Positions 26,374 through 37,346 are shown, numbered from the whole stretch's first letter. The stretch: DNA of 63,535 nt, filler included, from 4 parts of 4 records of this genome joined end to end with filler, not necessarily neighbours in it, one strand, 5' to 3'. Notes: generated by a model not told the origin, from the letters alone. Translations and numbers: made by a program.

Positions 26374-27135
26374 TCAGTTAAAAAACCGCCCACGCGCCTG
26401 CACCAGCGAGCGGCTAAGAATGGCCAGATAGGCCAGATCGATCACCACAAGCAATGTCCATGGGCGGGTGAACACCATGCCAATCACAATCACCATGGCA
26501 AAGATCATCACCGCAATCAGCTTGCGTGGCACCCGCAGCCCCTTGGGCGACAGGGTTTTCAGCGTCGAGATCATCAACAGCCCCACAAAGGCCACCCACA
26601 GCCCCACCAACAGCGGTGCATCGTTATAGTCTGTCGTCTCGGACAGCACCAAAAACACCGGCAACAGCGCCAATAGCGCCCCGCCGGGTGCGGGCACGCC
26701 AACGAAATGGGCCTTTTCCTCGCCGCTGTCTTGCACCCCGCGCAAGACGTTAAACCGCGCCAGGCGCAGGCAGGTCGCGGTGGCCAGAACCAGCACAAAG
26801 ATCCACCCCAGATTGCCCAGCTGCGACAGATGCGCCTGATAGAGCAAAATACCCGGTGCCACGCCAAAGCACAGAAAATCTGACAGCGAATCCAGCTCGG
26901 ATCCCAGTTTTGACGCGGCATTCAAGCGCCGCGCCAAAAGGCCATCCAGCCCATCCATCAGCGCCGCCAGCATGATCAGCAATACTGCCGTGCCAAACCG
27001 CTCGTCCATAGAATAGCGCACCGAGGTCAGGCCAAAACACATGCCCGCCAGCGTAACCATATTGGGCAGCAGTTGCACAAAGGGCACGCGTTCAGCGGCG
27101 TCTGGGTCGCGCAAGATCGAGGGGCGGCGTGTCAT
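26374..27135 (-). CDS. pssA: CDP-diacylglycerol--serine O-phosphatidyltransferase
   Basis: DGLDGLLARRL...G.ELDSLSD motif; directly downstream of psd. Confidence 0.88.
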   Translation of the reverse strand: MTRRPSILRDPDAAERVPFVQLLPNMVTLAGMCFGLTSVRYSMDERFGTAVLLIMLAALMDGLDGLLARRLNAASKLGSELDSLSDFLCFGVAPGILLYQAHLSQLGNLGWIFVLVLATATCLRLARFNVLRGVQDSGEEKAHFVGVPAPGGALLALLPVFLVLSETTDYNDAPLLVGLWVAFVGLLMISTLKTLSPKGLRVPRKLIAVMIFAMVIVIGMVFTRPWTLLVVIDLAYLAILSRSLVQARGRFFN

Positions 27136-27139
27136 GCGC

Positions 27140-27805
27140 TTAGCCCAGCTCGGCGATCACGGTTTCGCCCGCGATCATGGTTTGCCCAATGCTGACGATG
27201 GGCGTTGCCCCCTCGGGCAGGTAGATATCCAGACGCGAGCCAAAGCGGATCAGGCCAAAACGCTCGGCGATACCCAGCTGCTGGCCCTCTTGCGACCAGC
27301 ACAAAATGCGCCGCGCCACCAGCCCGGCGATTTGCACCACGCCATAGCGGCGCCCATCGGGCAATTCGATGGTTAGGCCATTGCGCTCGTTATCTTCTGA
27401 TGCCTTATCCAGCGATGCATTCAGAAACTTGCCAGGCCGATAAGCCACGGTGGTGATGCGCCCGGCAGTGGGCGCGCGGTTTACGTGGCAATTGAAGACC
27501 GACATAAACACCGACACCCGCATCATCGGCTGATCGCCCAGCCCCAGCTCGGCCGGGGGCACGGCAGGTTCTAGCAAAGATACGATGCCATCTGCAGGTG
27601 ATACCATGATGCCCGCGCGCTGTGGCGTCACGCGCTCGGGATCGCGGAAGAAATAATAGACCCAAACTGTAAGCCCGGCACCAACCCAGCCCAGTGGTTC
27701 CCACAGCAAAAACAGCAACACCGACAGGCCCGCGGCAATGGCCACAAATTTACGCCCCTCGGGATGCATCGGTTTCACAAAGGTCGATAACATAGAAACA
27801 GACAT
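27140..27805 (-). CDS. psd: Phosphatidylserine decarboxylase proenzyme
   Basis: FFRDPER, SPADG, HVNRAP and the FGS self-cleavage motif. Confidence 0.95.
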   Translation of the reverse strand: MSVSMLSTFVKPMHPEGRKFVAIAAGLSVLLFLLWEPLGWVGAGLTVWVYYFFRDPERVTPQRAGIMVSPADGIVSLLEPAVPPAELGLGDQPMMRVSVFMSVFNCHVNRAPTAGRITTVAYRPGKFLNASLDKASEDNERNGLTIELPDGRRYGVVQIAGLVARRILCWSQEGQQLGIAERFGLIRFGSRLDIYLPEGATPIVSIGQTMIAGETVIAELG

Positions 27806-27891
27806 GGGACCCCCTTGATCGCTTTGGCCTGTGCTTAGACGAATGCCCCCGCGTTTCAAGCAAAACCTGCCCGTTTGGGCCAGTGCAACGC

Positions 27892-27918
27892 AAAAGGGCC
27901 ACCCCGGCAGGATGGCCC
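27892..27918 (-). terminator. Putative intrinsic terminator after efp
   Basis: GGGCCATCC/GGGTGGCCC stem followed by TTTT on the minus strand. Confidence 0.5.
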
Positions 27919-27940
27919 CAGCAGACATTCCGTAACGTAA

Positions 27941-28504
27941 TTAGGCGCGTTCCGAATATTCCATGGTTTCGGTATTCACGATGATTTTCTCGCCGCTGGC
28001 AACAAAGGGCGGCACCATGACGCGCACGCCGCAATCCAGCAGCGCGGGCTTAAAGCTGTTTGCCGCGGTTTGGCCTTTGACCACCGGCTCGGTTTCTTCG
28101 ATGGTGCAGGTTACTTTTTGCGGCAAGGTCATGTTCAGCGCTTCGGCTTCGTAATATTCCACCACCACGGTCATGCCGTCTTGCAAAAACGGGCGACGCT
28201 CGCCCAGAATGTCGGCGGGCAGTTCAACCTGCTCGTAGGTTTCGGTATCCATAAACACCAGCATTCCGTCGTTTTCATACAGGAATTGCTGGTCTTTTTG
28301 TTCCAGGCGCACGCGCTCGACCTTGTCAGCCGAGCGGAAACGTTCGTTCAGCTTAGAGCCGTTGCGCAGGTTTTTCATTTCAACTTGCGCAAACGCACCA
28401 CCCTTGCCGGGCTTGACGTGATCCACCTTGACCGCCGCCCACAGGCCGCCCTCGTGTTCGAGAACGTTGCCGGGGCGAATTTCGTTACCGTTGATTTTGG
28501 GCAT
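27941..28504 (-). CDS. efp: Elongation factor P
   Basis: [10 protein letters not shown] loop; 187 aa. Confidence 0.97.
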   Translation of the reverse strand: MPKINGNEIRPGNVLEHEGGLWAAVKVDHVKPGKGGAFAQVEMKNLRNGSKLNERFRSADKVERVRLEQKDQQFLYENDGMLVFMDTETYEQVELPADILGERRPFLQDGMTVVVEYYEAEALNMTLPQKVTCTIEETEPVVKGQTAANSFKPALLDCGVRVMVPPFVASGEKIIVNTETMEYSERA

Positions 28505-28734
28505 GTGTTTGAACCATGACAAAGGGTTGAATGATATTTTGCCGCCCCTATATCGTTGTCAGCCCCCAGAGGCAAGAACACGAAACACAGCAGCATTTTC
28601 AGGGCCGCATCGGCACAGCATTGCACCAGACGCATAACAGCCATGCATCAGCGCCCTATCCGAATCGGCTTTGATCTGCCAAAGAGGCCGCACTCCGGAT
28701 ATGCAAGAGCAATAAAATAACGCAAGGACGAAAC

Positions 28735-29055
28735 ATGAAAGATTTCGTTGACGGCACGGCCTTCAATAACGAACAAGGTAACCGCGCCCGCAAACTGTTT
28801 GCAGCCGTTGTGTTGGCTGCATTGGATGACGCGATTGCCGATGACAAGAAATATGGCAACGGCCCCGAACAAATCGCCCGTTGGGCGCGGTCGCGCGATG
28901 GCCGCGAGGTTCTGACCTGCGCTGGCATCGACCCCAACGAACGGGTAGTCAAAGGGCTGATGGAATTTGTTGCCAAAGGTATTCGCACAAGCGTGGCACT
29001 GTCGCGCGAAGAAAGCGAACGCCGCAACGCGGCGGCACAGGCCGAAGCGGCGTAA
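28735..29055 (+). CDS. Conserved Rhodobacteraceae protein (DUF6280-like)
   Basis: RBS AAGGA; sequence MKDFVDGTAFNNEQGNRARKLFAAVVLAALDD recalled as the family found divergent from efp. Confidence 0.75.
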   Translation: MKDFVDGTAFNNEQGNRARKLFAAVVLAALDDAIADDKKYGNGPEQIARWARSRDGREVLTCAGIDPNERVVKGLMEFVAKGIRTSVALSREESERRNAAAQAEAA

Positions 29056-29088
29056 TCATAGCCCCCAGCGGGGATATGACAGGAAACA

Positions 29089-29120
29089 GGCGCGCCAGAA
29101 TGGCGCGCTTTTTTCTTTTT
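29089..29120 (+). terminator. Intrinsic terminator
   Basis: GCGCGCCA-GAA-TGGCGCGC followed by TTTTTTCTTTTT. Confidence 0.8.
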
Positions 29121-29222
29121 TGCCGCAGATGATGCGCGCCCGCGCGACAAAATCGCTAAGCTTGGCCAAATGCAGCGCAGCAGGCAACCAATAGGCCAAC
29201 CAATCAAAAAAAGGGCACAGCC

Positions 29223-30674
29223 ATGGCTTTGGCGATCATGATACAGGGCACCGGATCGAATGTGGGCAAATCCATGTTGGTGGCGGGGCTTGCCCGGGCG
29301 CTGCGGCAGCGCGGCATCAACTGCCTGCCGTTCAAGCCACAAAACATGTCCAATAACGCCGCCGTCACCGAAGATGGCGGCGAGATTGGCCGCGCACAAG
29401 CGTTGCAAGCCCGCGCCGCGGGCGTAGCCCCCCATAGCGATATGAACCCGGTGCTGCTGAAGCCCGAAACCGAAACCGGGGCGCAAGTGATTGTGCAAGG
29501 CAAGCGGCTGGATATGGTCGAGGCGCGTGCCTATGGCAGCTTTAAGGAAAAGCTGATGCCCGCGGTTCTGGACAGTTTTTACAGGTTGGCCAGCCGCTGC
29601 GATCTGGTGCTGATCGAGGGGGCCGGCAGCCCCGCCGAGGTGAACCTGCGCGCGCGCGACATTGCCAATATGGGCTTTGCCCAAGCGGCCAATGTGCCCG
29701 TGATTCTTGTGGGCGATATCGACCGGGGTGGCGTTATTGCCCAGCTGGTGGGCACCCATGCCGTGCTGGACGCCCCAGACCGGGCCAAGGTGGTGGGCTT
29801 TGCCATCAACAAATTTCGCGGCGATCCCCGGCTGTTTGATGATGGGCTGCCGGTTATTTCCACTGCCACAGGCTGGCCCAGCCTGGGGGTGGTGCCCTGG
29901 TTCGAGGGGGCCTGGCGCCTGCCTGCCGAGGATGTGTTGGATATCGCCTCGCGCGGGGCGGGCAAGATAAAGATCGCGGTGCCAAAACTGCCCCGCATCG
30001 CCAATTTCGACGATCTCGATCCGCTGTCTGCAGAACCTGATGTCAGCGTTCAAATCATCGAACAGGGCCGCCCCCTGCCGGGCGATGCTGATCTGGTGCT
30101 TTTGCCCGGCTCAAAGGCCACAATCGCGGATCTGGCCGTCTTTCGCCAGGCGGGCTGGGATATCGACCTTGCCGCGCATCTGCGGCGCGGCGGGCATGTG
30201 CTGGGCATTTGCGGCGGCTATCAAATGTTGGGGCGCGAGATTATCGACCCCCACGGGATCGAGGGGATAGCGGGGCGCCACCCCGGGTTGGGCCTGTTAG
30301 ATATCAGCACCGAATTGCACCCTGAAAAGCAATTGGCCCGGGTCGAGGGCACCCATACCGCCACTGGCCACCCGGTGCAGGGCTATGAAATTCACCTAGG
30401 CCGCACCACAGGCCCCGATTGCCAGCGCGCCTGGCTAACCCTGCCCAGCGGCCCAGATGGGGCTGCCCGCGCGGATGGGCGGGTGATGGGGTGCTATCTG
30501 CATGGGTTATTTGCCGCCGACAGCTTTCGTCAAAGCTATTTGGCCCGTTTTGGCGCCGCCAGCTCGACCCTGGCGTTTGATACCGGCGTCGAGGACACGC
30601 TGGATGCGCTGGCGCAGCATTTGGAAACCCATCTGGATATCGACGCGCTGCTGAAACTTGCGCGGCCAGTTTAG
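29223..30674 (+). CDS. cobQ: Cobyric acid synthase
   Basis: [41 protein letters not shown]. Confidence 0.97.
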   Translation: MALAIMIQGTGSNVGKSMLVAGLARALRQRGINCLPFKPQNMSNNAAVTEDGGEIGRAQALQARAAGVAPHSDMNPVLLKPETETGAQVIVQGKRLDMVEARAYGSFKEKLMPAVLDSFYRLASRCDLVLIEGAGSPAEVNLRARDIANMGFAQAANVPVILVGDIDRGGVIAQLVGTHAVLDAPDRAKVVGFAINKFRGDPRLFDDGLPVISTATGWPSLGVVPWFEGAWRLPAEDVLDIASRGAGKIKIAVPKLPRIANFDDLDPLSAEPDVSVQIIEQGRPLPGDADLVLLPGSKATIADLAVFRQAGWDIDLAAHLRRGGHVLGICGGYQMLGREIIDPHGIEGIAGRHPGLGLLDISTELHPEKQLARVEGTHTATGHPVQGYEIHLGRTTGPDCQRAWLTLPSGPDGAARADGRVMGCYLHGLFAADSFRQSYLARFGAASSTLAFDTGVEDTLDALAQHLETHLDIDALLKLARPV

Positions 30675-30681
30675 CGCAGGC

Positions 30682-31317
30682 TTATTCGAACTCGGCCGCA
30701 GAAAGGGCGCGGTGAATTTCGCGGCGCACCAGTTTGCGCACATTGCGCGTGATCCGCTCGCCCAAGGCGCCTTGCAGCTCCTGGCGCACGATCTCGGCCA
30801 CCAGTTCGCGCAGCATCTCTTCGTCGATCACGCCATCTTCGGCCAACAGATCAGGCGCATCGGTGCCAGCGCCATAGGCGGTATCATCCTGCTGGGGCGC
30901 CGTGGCGGGCGCCCAGCCATCGGGTGCGTCACCTTCAGCGGCTGCCCCTTGCGCCAGCTCTGCTGCATCGTCCGGCGCGGCCCCCTCTTGCGGATCGGCG
31001 GCGATGTGATGGTCTTCCCATTCCAGCACTGCGGCCTCGTCAACGGGCTCGATATCGGGGGGGGGCGCATCGGCATCCGCCCCCTCTGGCGTGCTGTCAC
31101 TGGCCGCAGTTTGGGTGGCCAAATCGGGCGTATCTGCCGGGGAAGACTGCGCTGATTGTGCGCGCTCATCCTCGCCCACGCGCAGGGCCGGGGTTAGCAC
31201 CAAACGGTTGCCCGCATCCGCGGCAGGGGCCTGCGCGCCATCGGGCGTATCAGCCACAAGCCGCCTGATCGACGACAAGACATCTTCAATATCGGCGGAT
31301 TTCATCGGATCTGACAT
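30682..31317 (-). CDS. PopZ-like polar organising protein (putative)
   Basis: N-terminal IEDVLSSIRRLV, acidic Pro/Ala-rich middle, helical C-terminus; downstream of pcm-tolC. Confidence 0.6.
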   Translation of the reverse strand: MSDPMKSADIEDVLSSIRRLVADTPDGAQAPAADAGNRLVLTPALRVGEDERAQSAQSSPADTPDLATQTAASDSTPEGADADAPPPDIEPVDEAAVLEWEDHHIAADPQEGAAPDDAAELAQGAAAEGDAPDGWAPATAPQQDDTAYGAGTDAPDLLAEDGVIDEEMLRELVAEIVRQELQGALGERITRNVRKLVRREIHRALSAAEFE

Positions 31318-31390
31318 AGGGCTTTACCATTACTGCGACAGCGGGCAGCTTAACCGCCCGCCGCCTTTCACACAACAACCCAGCGCAGAA

Positions 31391-32827
31391 TTATTCTTTG
31401 CCCAGGCGCTGCAGCACCTTATCCAGCTTTTTGCCCTGTTTGCTCAGCGCGCTGGGGGCTTTGTGGACCAGGTTGTAATATTCCGCCGGGTCGTAACGGG
31501 TGACTTTCAGGTTCAGCTGATCCACCGTCAACAGCCCCATCGAGGCCAGCAAGCTGTAATAGGCCACATATTCATTAGACGCGGCCGAAATACGGTTGGC
31601 CTGCGCATCCAGCAGCTCTTGTTCGGCGTTGAGCACATCCAAGGTTGTGCGCGAGCCCAGCGCCGCCTCTTCGCGCACGCCCTGAAAGGCCACACGCGCG
31701 GCGCGAATCTGCTCGTCTGTGGCGGTAAGCGCGGCTTGCGCCACTTTCACACGGGCAAATGCCCCGCCCACATTCTGCCTAATTTCCGAGCGCGCATCAT
31801 GCAAAGCCCCGCGCGCCGCATCGCGCTGCGCTACAGCCTTGCGTGTCAGGGCGCGCAATTGGCCGCCTTGGTAAATCACGCCGCTGGCGCGCAGGCCAAT
31901 GGTGCCAGTATCCTGCCAATAGGGCGAATTGGCCCGGCTGCTAGAGCCCACAGTGCCGTTTAACGTAACGCGCGGCATGGTGGCGCGTTTGGCGATCTCA
32001 ACGCCAATATCTGCCGCGGCAACCTGATGCTGCGCCTGTTTCAGGCTGGGGTGCAATTTCATCGCCTGCGCCTTGGCCGCATCGACCGAGGCCACAGGCA
32101 GCTTCATCGCGGGCGGCGGCGCCAGCTTGCCCGGTGCGCGGCCAACATAGGCCTGATACGCCTCAACCGCGATGCTGTAATCGCCTTGGGCCTGCGCCAA
32201 CAGGCTGCGGGCACCGGCCAGGCGGGCCTCGGTCAGGGCCACGTCGGTGCGTGTCACCTCGCCCACTTCAAAGCGGTCTTGCGCGGCGCGCAGTTCCTCG
32301 GTGATGACGCGAATATTGTTTTGGCGCAGGGCCACGATTTCGGCGGTGGCGCGCACATCCATAAATGCCTGAACCGCGCGCAGCAGAATCGATTGTTCGA
32401 TCGACACCAGCGATTGGCGCGTGGCCAACACGGTTTCTTTGGCCGCGTCAGCCCCCAGTTTGGTGCGCCCACCATCGTAAAGCAGCATCTCGGCCGACAG
32501 GCCAAGCGTGCTATCCAAACGCGCGATGCCCGCCGTGCCAGCGGGGCCAGCTGTGCCGAACGAGTAGTTTTCACCAAAGGTGCGGGTAATATCGCTGGAC
32601 CATTGCAAGACCGGGCGCAGGCGCGAGATCGCCACCGCTACATCCTCGTCTGCGGCGCGCAGCAAAGCGCGGTTTTGATCCAACAGCCCCGAATGGGTGT
32701 AGGCGCCAGCCAAGGCATCAGCCAAGCTTTCGGCAACCGCCGCCACAGGGGCACACACCACACATAGCGCAGCCGCACCCGCAGCCACATGTTTGCGAAT
32801 ATTTTGACCGATGAAAAGAGAACGCAT
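31391..32827 (-). CDS. tolC: TolC family outer membrane protein
   Basis: Signal peptide; RFEVGEVTRTDV and GSRTTLDVLNAEQEL repeats. Confidence 0.92.
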   Translation of the reverse strand: MRSLFIGQNIRKHVAAGAAALCVVCAPVAAVAESLADALAGAYTHSGLLDQNRALLRAADEDVAVAISRLRPVLQWSSDITRTFGENYSFGTAGPAGTAGIARLDSTLGLSAEMLLYDGGRTKLGADAAKETVLATRQSLVSIEQSILLRAVQAFMDVRATAEIVALRQNNIRVITEELRAAQDRFEVGEVTRTDVALTEARLAGARSLLAQAQGDYSIAVEAYQAYVGRAPGKLAPPPAMKLPVASVDAAKAQAMKLHPSLKQAQHQVAAADIGVEIAKRATMPRVTLNGTVGSSSRANSPYWQDTGTIGLRASGVIYQGGQLRALTRKAVAQRDAARGALHDARSEIRQNVGGAFARVKVAQAALTATDEQIRAARVAFQGVREEAALGSRTTLDVLNAEQELLDAQANRISAASNEYVAYYSLLASMGLLTVDQLNLKVTRYDPAEYYNLVHKAPSALSKQGKKLDKVLQRLGKE

Positions 32828-32872
32828 TCCCTGCCGCCTTTCAATTGCCTGTATCAATGACAAGCGCGCCCG

Positions 32873-33526
32873 CTACAGGGTGAACGCCGCCTGTTTTTCA
32901 AAACCGGATACAACCGGAGCACTGGCATTAAACGCGTGACGCCAGCCGATCCGTCCGTCGATTTTCCGACCGATACGAACCGTTCCCAGCGCCCCTTCCT
33001 GGAACAGGCAAATAATACGCCCGCCCTCTTTCATTTGGGCCACAATGCCCTCGGGCACAACTGCCACAGCACCTTCTACAAATACAACATCATATGGGCC
33101 ATGCTTTGCTGCCCCCTCTGCCAAGGGGCCCTGATGCAAAACCACATTATCCGCCTCGACCGCCGCCAGGGCCGCCTGGGCCTCGGCTGCGAACGCCTCG
33201 TTTTCCTCAACCGCCACAACGGCCACGGCCAAGCGCGACATAACAGCCGCAGAATAGCCCAAACCACAACCAATATCCAGCACCAGCTCGTCGGGCTGTA
33301 TATCTAGTGTATCGAGCATCTTGCCAAATGTGCGCGGCTCAAACAGCACCCGCCCCGGCGCCAGCGGAATATTCTCGCTGACATAGGCCGCCTCGCGCCA
33401 GGTTTCTGGCACAAATTCTTCGCGCGGAACATGCAGCAGCGCCTCGATCACGGGAAACTTGGTGATATCATTGGGGCGGATCTGGCTATCCACCATAATC
33501 GCGCGGCGCGTGGCAAAATCGGTCAT
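32873..33526 (-). CDS. pcm: Protein-L-isoaspartate O-methyltransferase family
   Basis: [35 protein letters not shown]. Confidence 0.9.
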   Translation of the reverse strand: MTDFATRRAIMVDSQIRPNDITKFPVIEALLHVPREEFVPETWREAAYVSENIPLAPGRVLFEPRTFGKMLDTLDIQPDELVLDIGCGLGYSAAVMSRLAVAVVAVEENEAFAAEAQAALAAVEADNVVLHQGPLAEGAAKHGPYDVVFVEGAVAVVPEGIVAQMKEGGRIICLFQEGALGTVRIGRKIDGRIGWRHAFNASAPVVSGFEKQAAFTL

Positions 33527-33675
33527 TGAACTTGGCCCATTGGTTCTGTGGTTATTGGGGTTTTGTCATATCCTGCGGGCATCGGCAATGTCCAACGGCA
33601 CTGTTTACGCCCGAAACCGCCTGGATGCCTCTTGCAAGGCACAAAACAATCCGATAATCCCCCAACACCACTGGC

Positions 33676-33702
33676 GGCGAGTTGGCGGAGTGGTGACGCA
33701 GC
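33676..33702 (+). tRNA. 5' part of a tRNA, probably tRNA-Cys, cut by the contig end
   Basis: GGCGAGTTGGCGGAGTGGTGACGCAGC reads as an acceptor 5' strand plus D arm. The anticodon is not visible; Cys is inferred from recalled sequence and the position divergent from pcm. Confidence 0.7.
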
Positions 33703-33802
33703 NNNNNNNNNNNNNNNNNNNNNNNNNNNNNNNNNNNNNNNNNNNNTTAATTAATTAANNNNNNNNNNNNNNNNNNNNNNNNNNNNNNNNNNNNNNNNNN
33801 NN
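33703..33802. other. Artificial contig linker
   Basis: 44 N + TTAATTAATTAA + 44 N. Confidence 0.99.
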
Positions 33803-34294
33803 AATACCCGCATAAATGTCTTCCGAGTTTTCGCGGAAAATCACCATGTCGGTTTTATGAGGCTCTTTCACGGGACTGGGCACACCAGCAAAGTAGCGCA
33901 CCGGGCGCAAACACACATACAGGTCAAGCTGCTGGCGCAGTGCAACGTTGATGGAGCGAATACCGCCACCCACGGGCGTGGTCAAGGGACCTTTGACAGA
34001 CACCACGTATTCCTTCAGCACTTCCAGGGTTTCTTCGGGCAGCCAAACATCGGGGCCATACACCTTGGTCGATTTTTCACCCGCATAAATTTCCATCCAG
34101 CTGATTTTGCGCTTGCCACCGTAAGCCTTGGCCACAGCAGCGTCGACCACGTCGATCATCACGGGGGTAATGTCAAAACCAGTACCATCGCCTTCGATGT
34201 ATGGAATGATGGGTTGATCGGGTACGTTCAACGAGTAATCACTATTGACCGTGATTTTTTCGCCGACTGATGGGACTTTAATGTGTTGGTACAT
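33803..34294 (-). CDS. icd: NADP-dependent isocitrate dehydrogenase, 5' fragment
   Basis: [37 protein letters not shown]. Confidence 0.96.
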
Positions 34295-34455
34295 GGTCTC
34301 TCCGCTGCTTCTCTGGTGTGTTAGAGGGAACACTCTAGTGTATCCCTTCACTACGAAAATCACAATTATTTCGCAATATGAAATTGCATTCCTTATTGCG
34401 CCAAGCCGTATAATAACGCCATCTTCTTTCAGATCTCTGACAGGAACCAGATTTC

Positions 34456-34947
34456 ATGCACTTTGATCTCATCAACCAATATCACTCCACTTTCAGGTTT
34501 GCCCTGGCGATGACAGCACTGGGCCTGGCCTCCTGCGCAAGCAACGCCGCAGGACCAGTCCAGTCACAACTGCCAACCCTGCAAATGCGCGTGGGCCAAC
34601 ATGATGTGAAAGCAGAGTTGGCCAACACCGATCTAAGCCGTCAAATCGGGCTGATGAACAGAAAGGAGCTGGGCAAAAATTCGGGAATGCTATTTGTGTT
34701 CAAACGCAGTGAAACACAATGTATGTGGATGAAAAACACCCTGATTGATCTTGATGTCGCCTTTGCAGATCCCAACGGCACCATCCTGAACATTGAGCAA
34801 ATGAAAGCGGGTACATCTGATATTCACTGCTCCAGCGGCAACGCCAAAATTGCGCTGGAAATGAACCGGGGTTGGTTTTCAACTCGCGGGATTGAAGCAG
34901 GCGAAAAACTACACGTGCCAGAGCGGGTCCTGGAAACCAGGGAATAG
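34456..34947 (+). CDS. DUF192 family protein (possible lipoprotein)
   Basis: GLMNR...GMLFVF...MWMKNTLIDLDVAF...ALEMN; LASC lipobox. Confidence 0.88.
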   Translation: MHFDLINQYHSTFRFALAMTALGLASCASNAAGPVQSQLPTLQMRVGQHDVKAELANTDLSRQIGLMNRKELGKNSGMLFVFKRSETQCMWMKNTLIDLDVAFADPNGTILNIEQMKAGTSDIHCSSGNAKIALEMNRGWFSTRGIEAGEKLHVPERVLETRE

Positions 34948-34959
34948 GCCTCAAAAACA

Positions 34960-34994
34960 AACCCCTCCTCGCACTGTAGGCACAAGGAGGGGTT
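34960..34994. terminator. Hairpin between the convergent DUF192 and sodB genes
   Basis: AACCCCTCCT...AGGAGGGGTT. Confidence 0.65.
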
Positions 34995-35020
34995 GGCATG
35001 TTGAACTGGATTTCGGGGGA

Positions 35021-35602
35021 TTAGCCTTCGAAGTTCTTCGATGCAAACTCCCAGTTCACCAGGTTCCAGAAAGTTTCAATGTACTTGGGGCGGGCATTGC
35101 GGTAGTCGATGTAGTACGCGTGTTCCCACAAATCGCAGGTCAGCAGAGGTTTGTCTTGCGTGGTCAAAGGTGTGGCGGCGTTGCTGGTATTCACAATGTC
35201 CACTGAACCGTCGGCTTTTTTTACCAGCCATGTCCAGCTGGAACCAAAGTTACCAATTGCGCTTTTGGTAAAGGCTTCCTTGAACGCATCAAAGCTGCCA
35301 AATTTGGCATTGATGGCGTCGGCCAACTTGCCTGTGGGCGCACCACCACCGTTAGGGGACAGGCAGTGCCAGTAGAAGGTGTGGTTCCAGATCTGTGCTG
35401 CGTTGTTGAACACGCCACCGGTTGACTTCTTGACGATGTCTTCCAGGCTGGAGTTTTCAAACTCGGTGCCCTTTACCAGATTGTTCAGGTTGGTCACATA
35501 AGCAGCGTGGTGCTTGCCGTAGTGGTACTCCAGTGTTTCTTTGGAAATATGGGGAGCCAGCGCGTCCATCGCGTAGGGCAATTCGGGCAGTGTGTGTTGC
35601 AT
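35021..35602 (-). CDS. sodB: Superoxide dismutase [Fe]
   Basis: [16 protein letters not shown] (Fe-type), DLWEHAYY. Confidence 0.96.
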   Translation of the reverse strand: MQHTLPELPYAMDALAPHISKETLEYHYGKHHAAYVTNLNNLVKGTEFENSSLEDIVKKSTGGVFNNAAQIWNHTFYWHCLSPNGGGAPTGKLADAINAKFGSFDAFKEAFTKSAIGNFGSSWTWLVKKADGSVDIVNTSNAATPLTTQDKPLLTCDLWEHAYYIDYRNARPKYIETFWNLVNWEFASKNFEG

Positions 35603-35678
35603 ATCAGTATCCTCTCTCACTTCAATCAATACGAAAACTTCAGCTAAGGGCAAAACCCCGCATTTCAACCCTTTGATT

Positions 35679-37046
35679 CTATCTTGAATTTTTGACGTCC
35701 TCGGTCAACGGTCCGCGCAGCTCAGTTTTCTCGCGCACATTCACCAAAATTTCACCGTCCGACAGTGTGGCGCGCAACGCAGCGCCAGGTTCTACATCCA
35801 TCACAGAGCGAATCACCGCATCACCGTGCTGTGGTTGCAGGAACGCATATCCACGTTCAAGGGTCCGTTGAGGGGAAACGGCCTCCACCACCGAGTCAAG
35901 ACGATCCAGGCGTGAATCCAATACCGCGATTCCTCGCCGCTGCGCACCCATCAGCCTACTTTCAAGCGATTGAGCACCTCGATTGGCTGAAACCTGTACC
36001 GCATTCATCTCAAGCGAAATGGATTCCCACAAGGACTGAACTGAATTGGCTTCCCTCCGAAAACTGTGCTCAACAAGGCGCGGCAGGCGACTACTTGCGT
36101 TATTCAAACGTGACTCAAGCGCATGCAGATAAGCCGTGGGCGTCAGTAACCCGAGCTCAGCCCTGTCCACCCGCTGCACCAAGGTTTGCGCGCGATGGCG
36201 CAAAGCCTTGCGTAAACCCACATGCAATCCCTGGATTTCAGTCAGCAATTCACGAGTCGGCCGGCTAATCAATTCAGCTGCGGCAGTGGGCGTGGCGGCG
36301 CGAAGGTCCGCAGCAAACTCGGCCAAGGTCACATCAGTTTCGTGCCCCACACCCACCACGATCGGCGTTTTGCAGGCTGCCACTGCCCTTACCACGGCTT
36401 CCATGTTGAAACTCCACAAGTCCTCGAGGCTTCCTCCGCCACGGCAAAGGATGAGGGCCTCGTGGCCTGCTGAATCGGCCTTGCGAAGGGCCTCAATAAT
36501 TTGTGCTGCGGCCTGTTCGCCCTGCACCGCGGTGTGGTAAACCGAGTACTCAACATGGGGCGCTCGCCTTGCCAAGGCCTGTTTTACATCAGCAAGTGCT
36601 GCGGCCTGCAGTGAAGTGATCACCCCGAGATTAAAAACCACCGAAGGCAGTGGGCGCTTGCGTGCAGACTCGAATAAACCCTCTTGAGTCAATTTGGTTT
36701 TCAGTTGCAGGTACTGTTCATGCAGATTGCCTTGCCCGGCCTTCTTCATGACATCAATAATCAATTGCAACTCGCCGCGCTGCTCATACATGGCCAATTG
36801 AGCAAGCACTTCAAGTTTGTCACCCACTGCCGGAAAAAAACCTGCAAGAACATTGCGTTGCCGGAACATGACCGCTTTCATCTGCGCAGACTCATCCTTC
36901 AGGGCCAAATACCAATGCCCGGACGAAGCACGAGTAAAAGAGGCGACTTCACCATGAATCCGGATAGATCCAAATTCATGACGGAGATGATCATTTAAGT
37001 GCCTGGCGAGCTGGCTGATCGAGAAAACCGTTTTTAAGTCAATCAT
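35679..37046 (-). CDS. xseA: Exodeoxyribonuclease VII large subunit
   Basis: [26 protein letters not shown]. Confidence 0.96.
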   Translation of the reverse strand: MIDLKTVFSISQLARHLNDHLRHEFGSIRIHGEVASFTRASSGHWYLALKDESAQMKAVMFRQRNVLAGFFPAVGDKLEVLAQLAMYEQRGELQLIIDVMKKAGQGNLHEQYLQLKTKLTQEGLFESARKRPLPSVVFNLGVITSLQAAALADVKQALARRAPHVEYSVYHTAVQGEQAAAQIIEALRKADSAGHEALILCRGGGSLEDLWSFNMEAVVRAVAACKTPIVVGVGHETDVTLAEFAADLRAATPTAAAELISRPTRELLTEIQGLHVGLRKALRHRAQTLVQRVDRAELGLLTPTAYLHALESRLNNASSRLPRLVEHSFRREANSVQSLWESISLEMNAVQVSANRGAQSLESRLMGAQRRGIAVLDSRLDRLDSVVEAVSPQRTLERGYAFLQPQHGDAVIRSVMDVEPGAALRATLSDGEILVNVREKTELRGPLTEDVKNSR

Positions 37047-37143
37047 TTATAGACCAAATTGGCTAAAAAACCAGAACATTTCCACATGCGCTAACAAAAA
37101 GCTACTTTCTGTGCAACATGGCTGAAATACAAGAAAACAAATG

Positions 37144-37260
37144 CAAGTAACTGATTAAAAAAGAAAAACACAACAAAATACGATACACAGAAAGTTCATT
37201 TTTCTCACAAGAGACTGATTATTCGAAAATTTGGAGGGCTTTTCCCCAAAGTTATCCACA
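37144..37260. promoter_or_regulatory. Two IHF consensus sites plus DnaA box(es)
   Basis: Minus-strand AATCAGTTACTTG (37144-37156) and AATCAGTCTCTTG (37208-37220) match WATCARnnnnTTR; TTATCCACA at 37252-37260 is preceded by TTTTCCCCA at 37240-37248. Confidence 0.6.
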
Positions 37261-37346
37261 ATGAACAAATATGTCGACTTTTGCGTAATTTGTGTAATGT
37301 TGGTTTTTTCGCTAGAGTCCCTGTCTTACTGAATAGGAGTCTACTT

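Noticed and set aside
28656..30053. 465-aa minus-strand ORF and other long shadow ORFs (14782-15678, 54436-55383, 60611-61483)
   Set aside because: Antisense to well-supported genes in GC-rich DNA, with no recognisable motifs.
34360..34400. Possible Fur box between icd and DUF192
   Set aside because: AT-rich, but a poor match to GATAATGATAATCATTATC.
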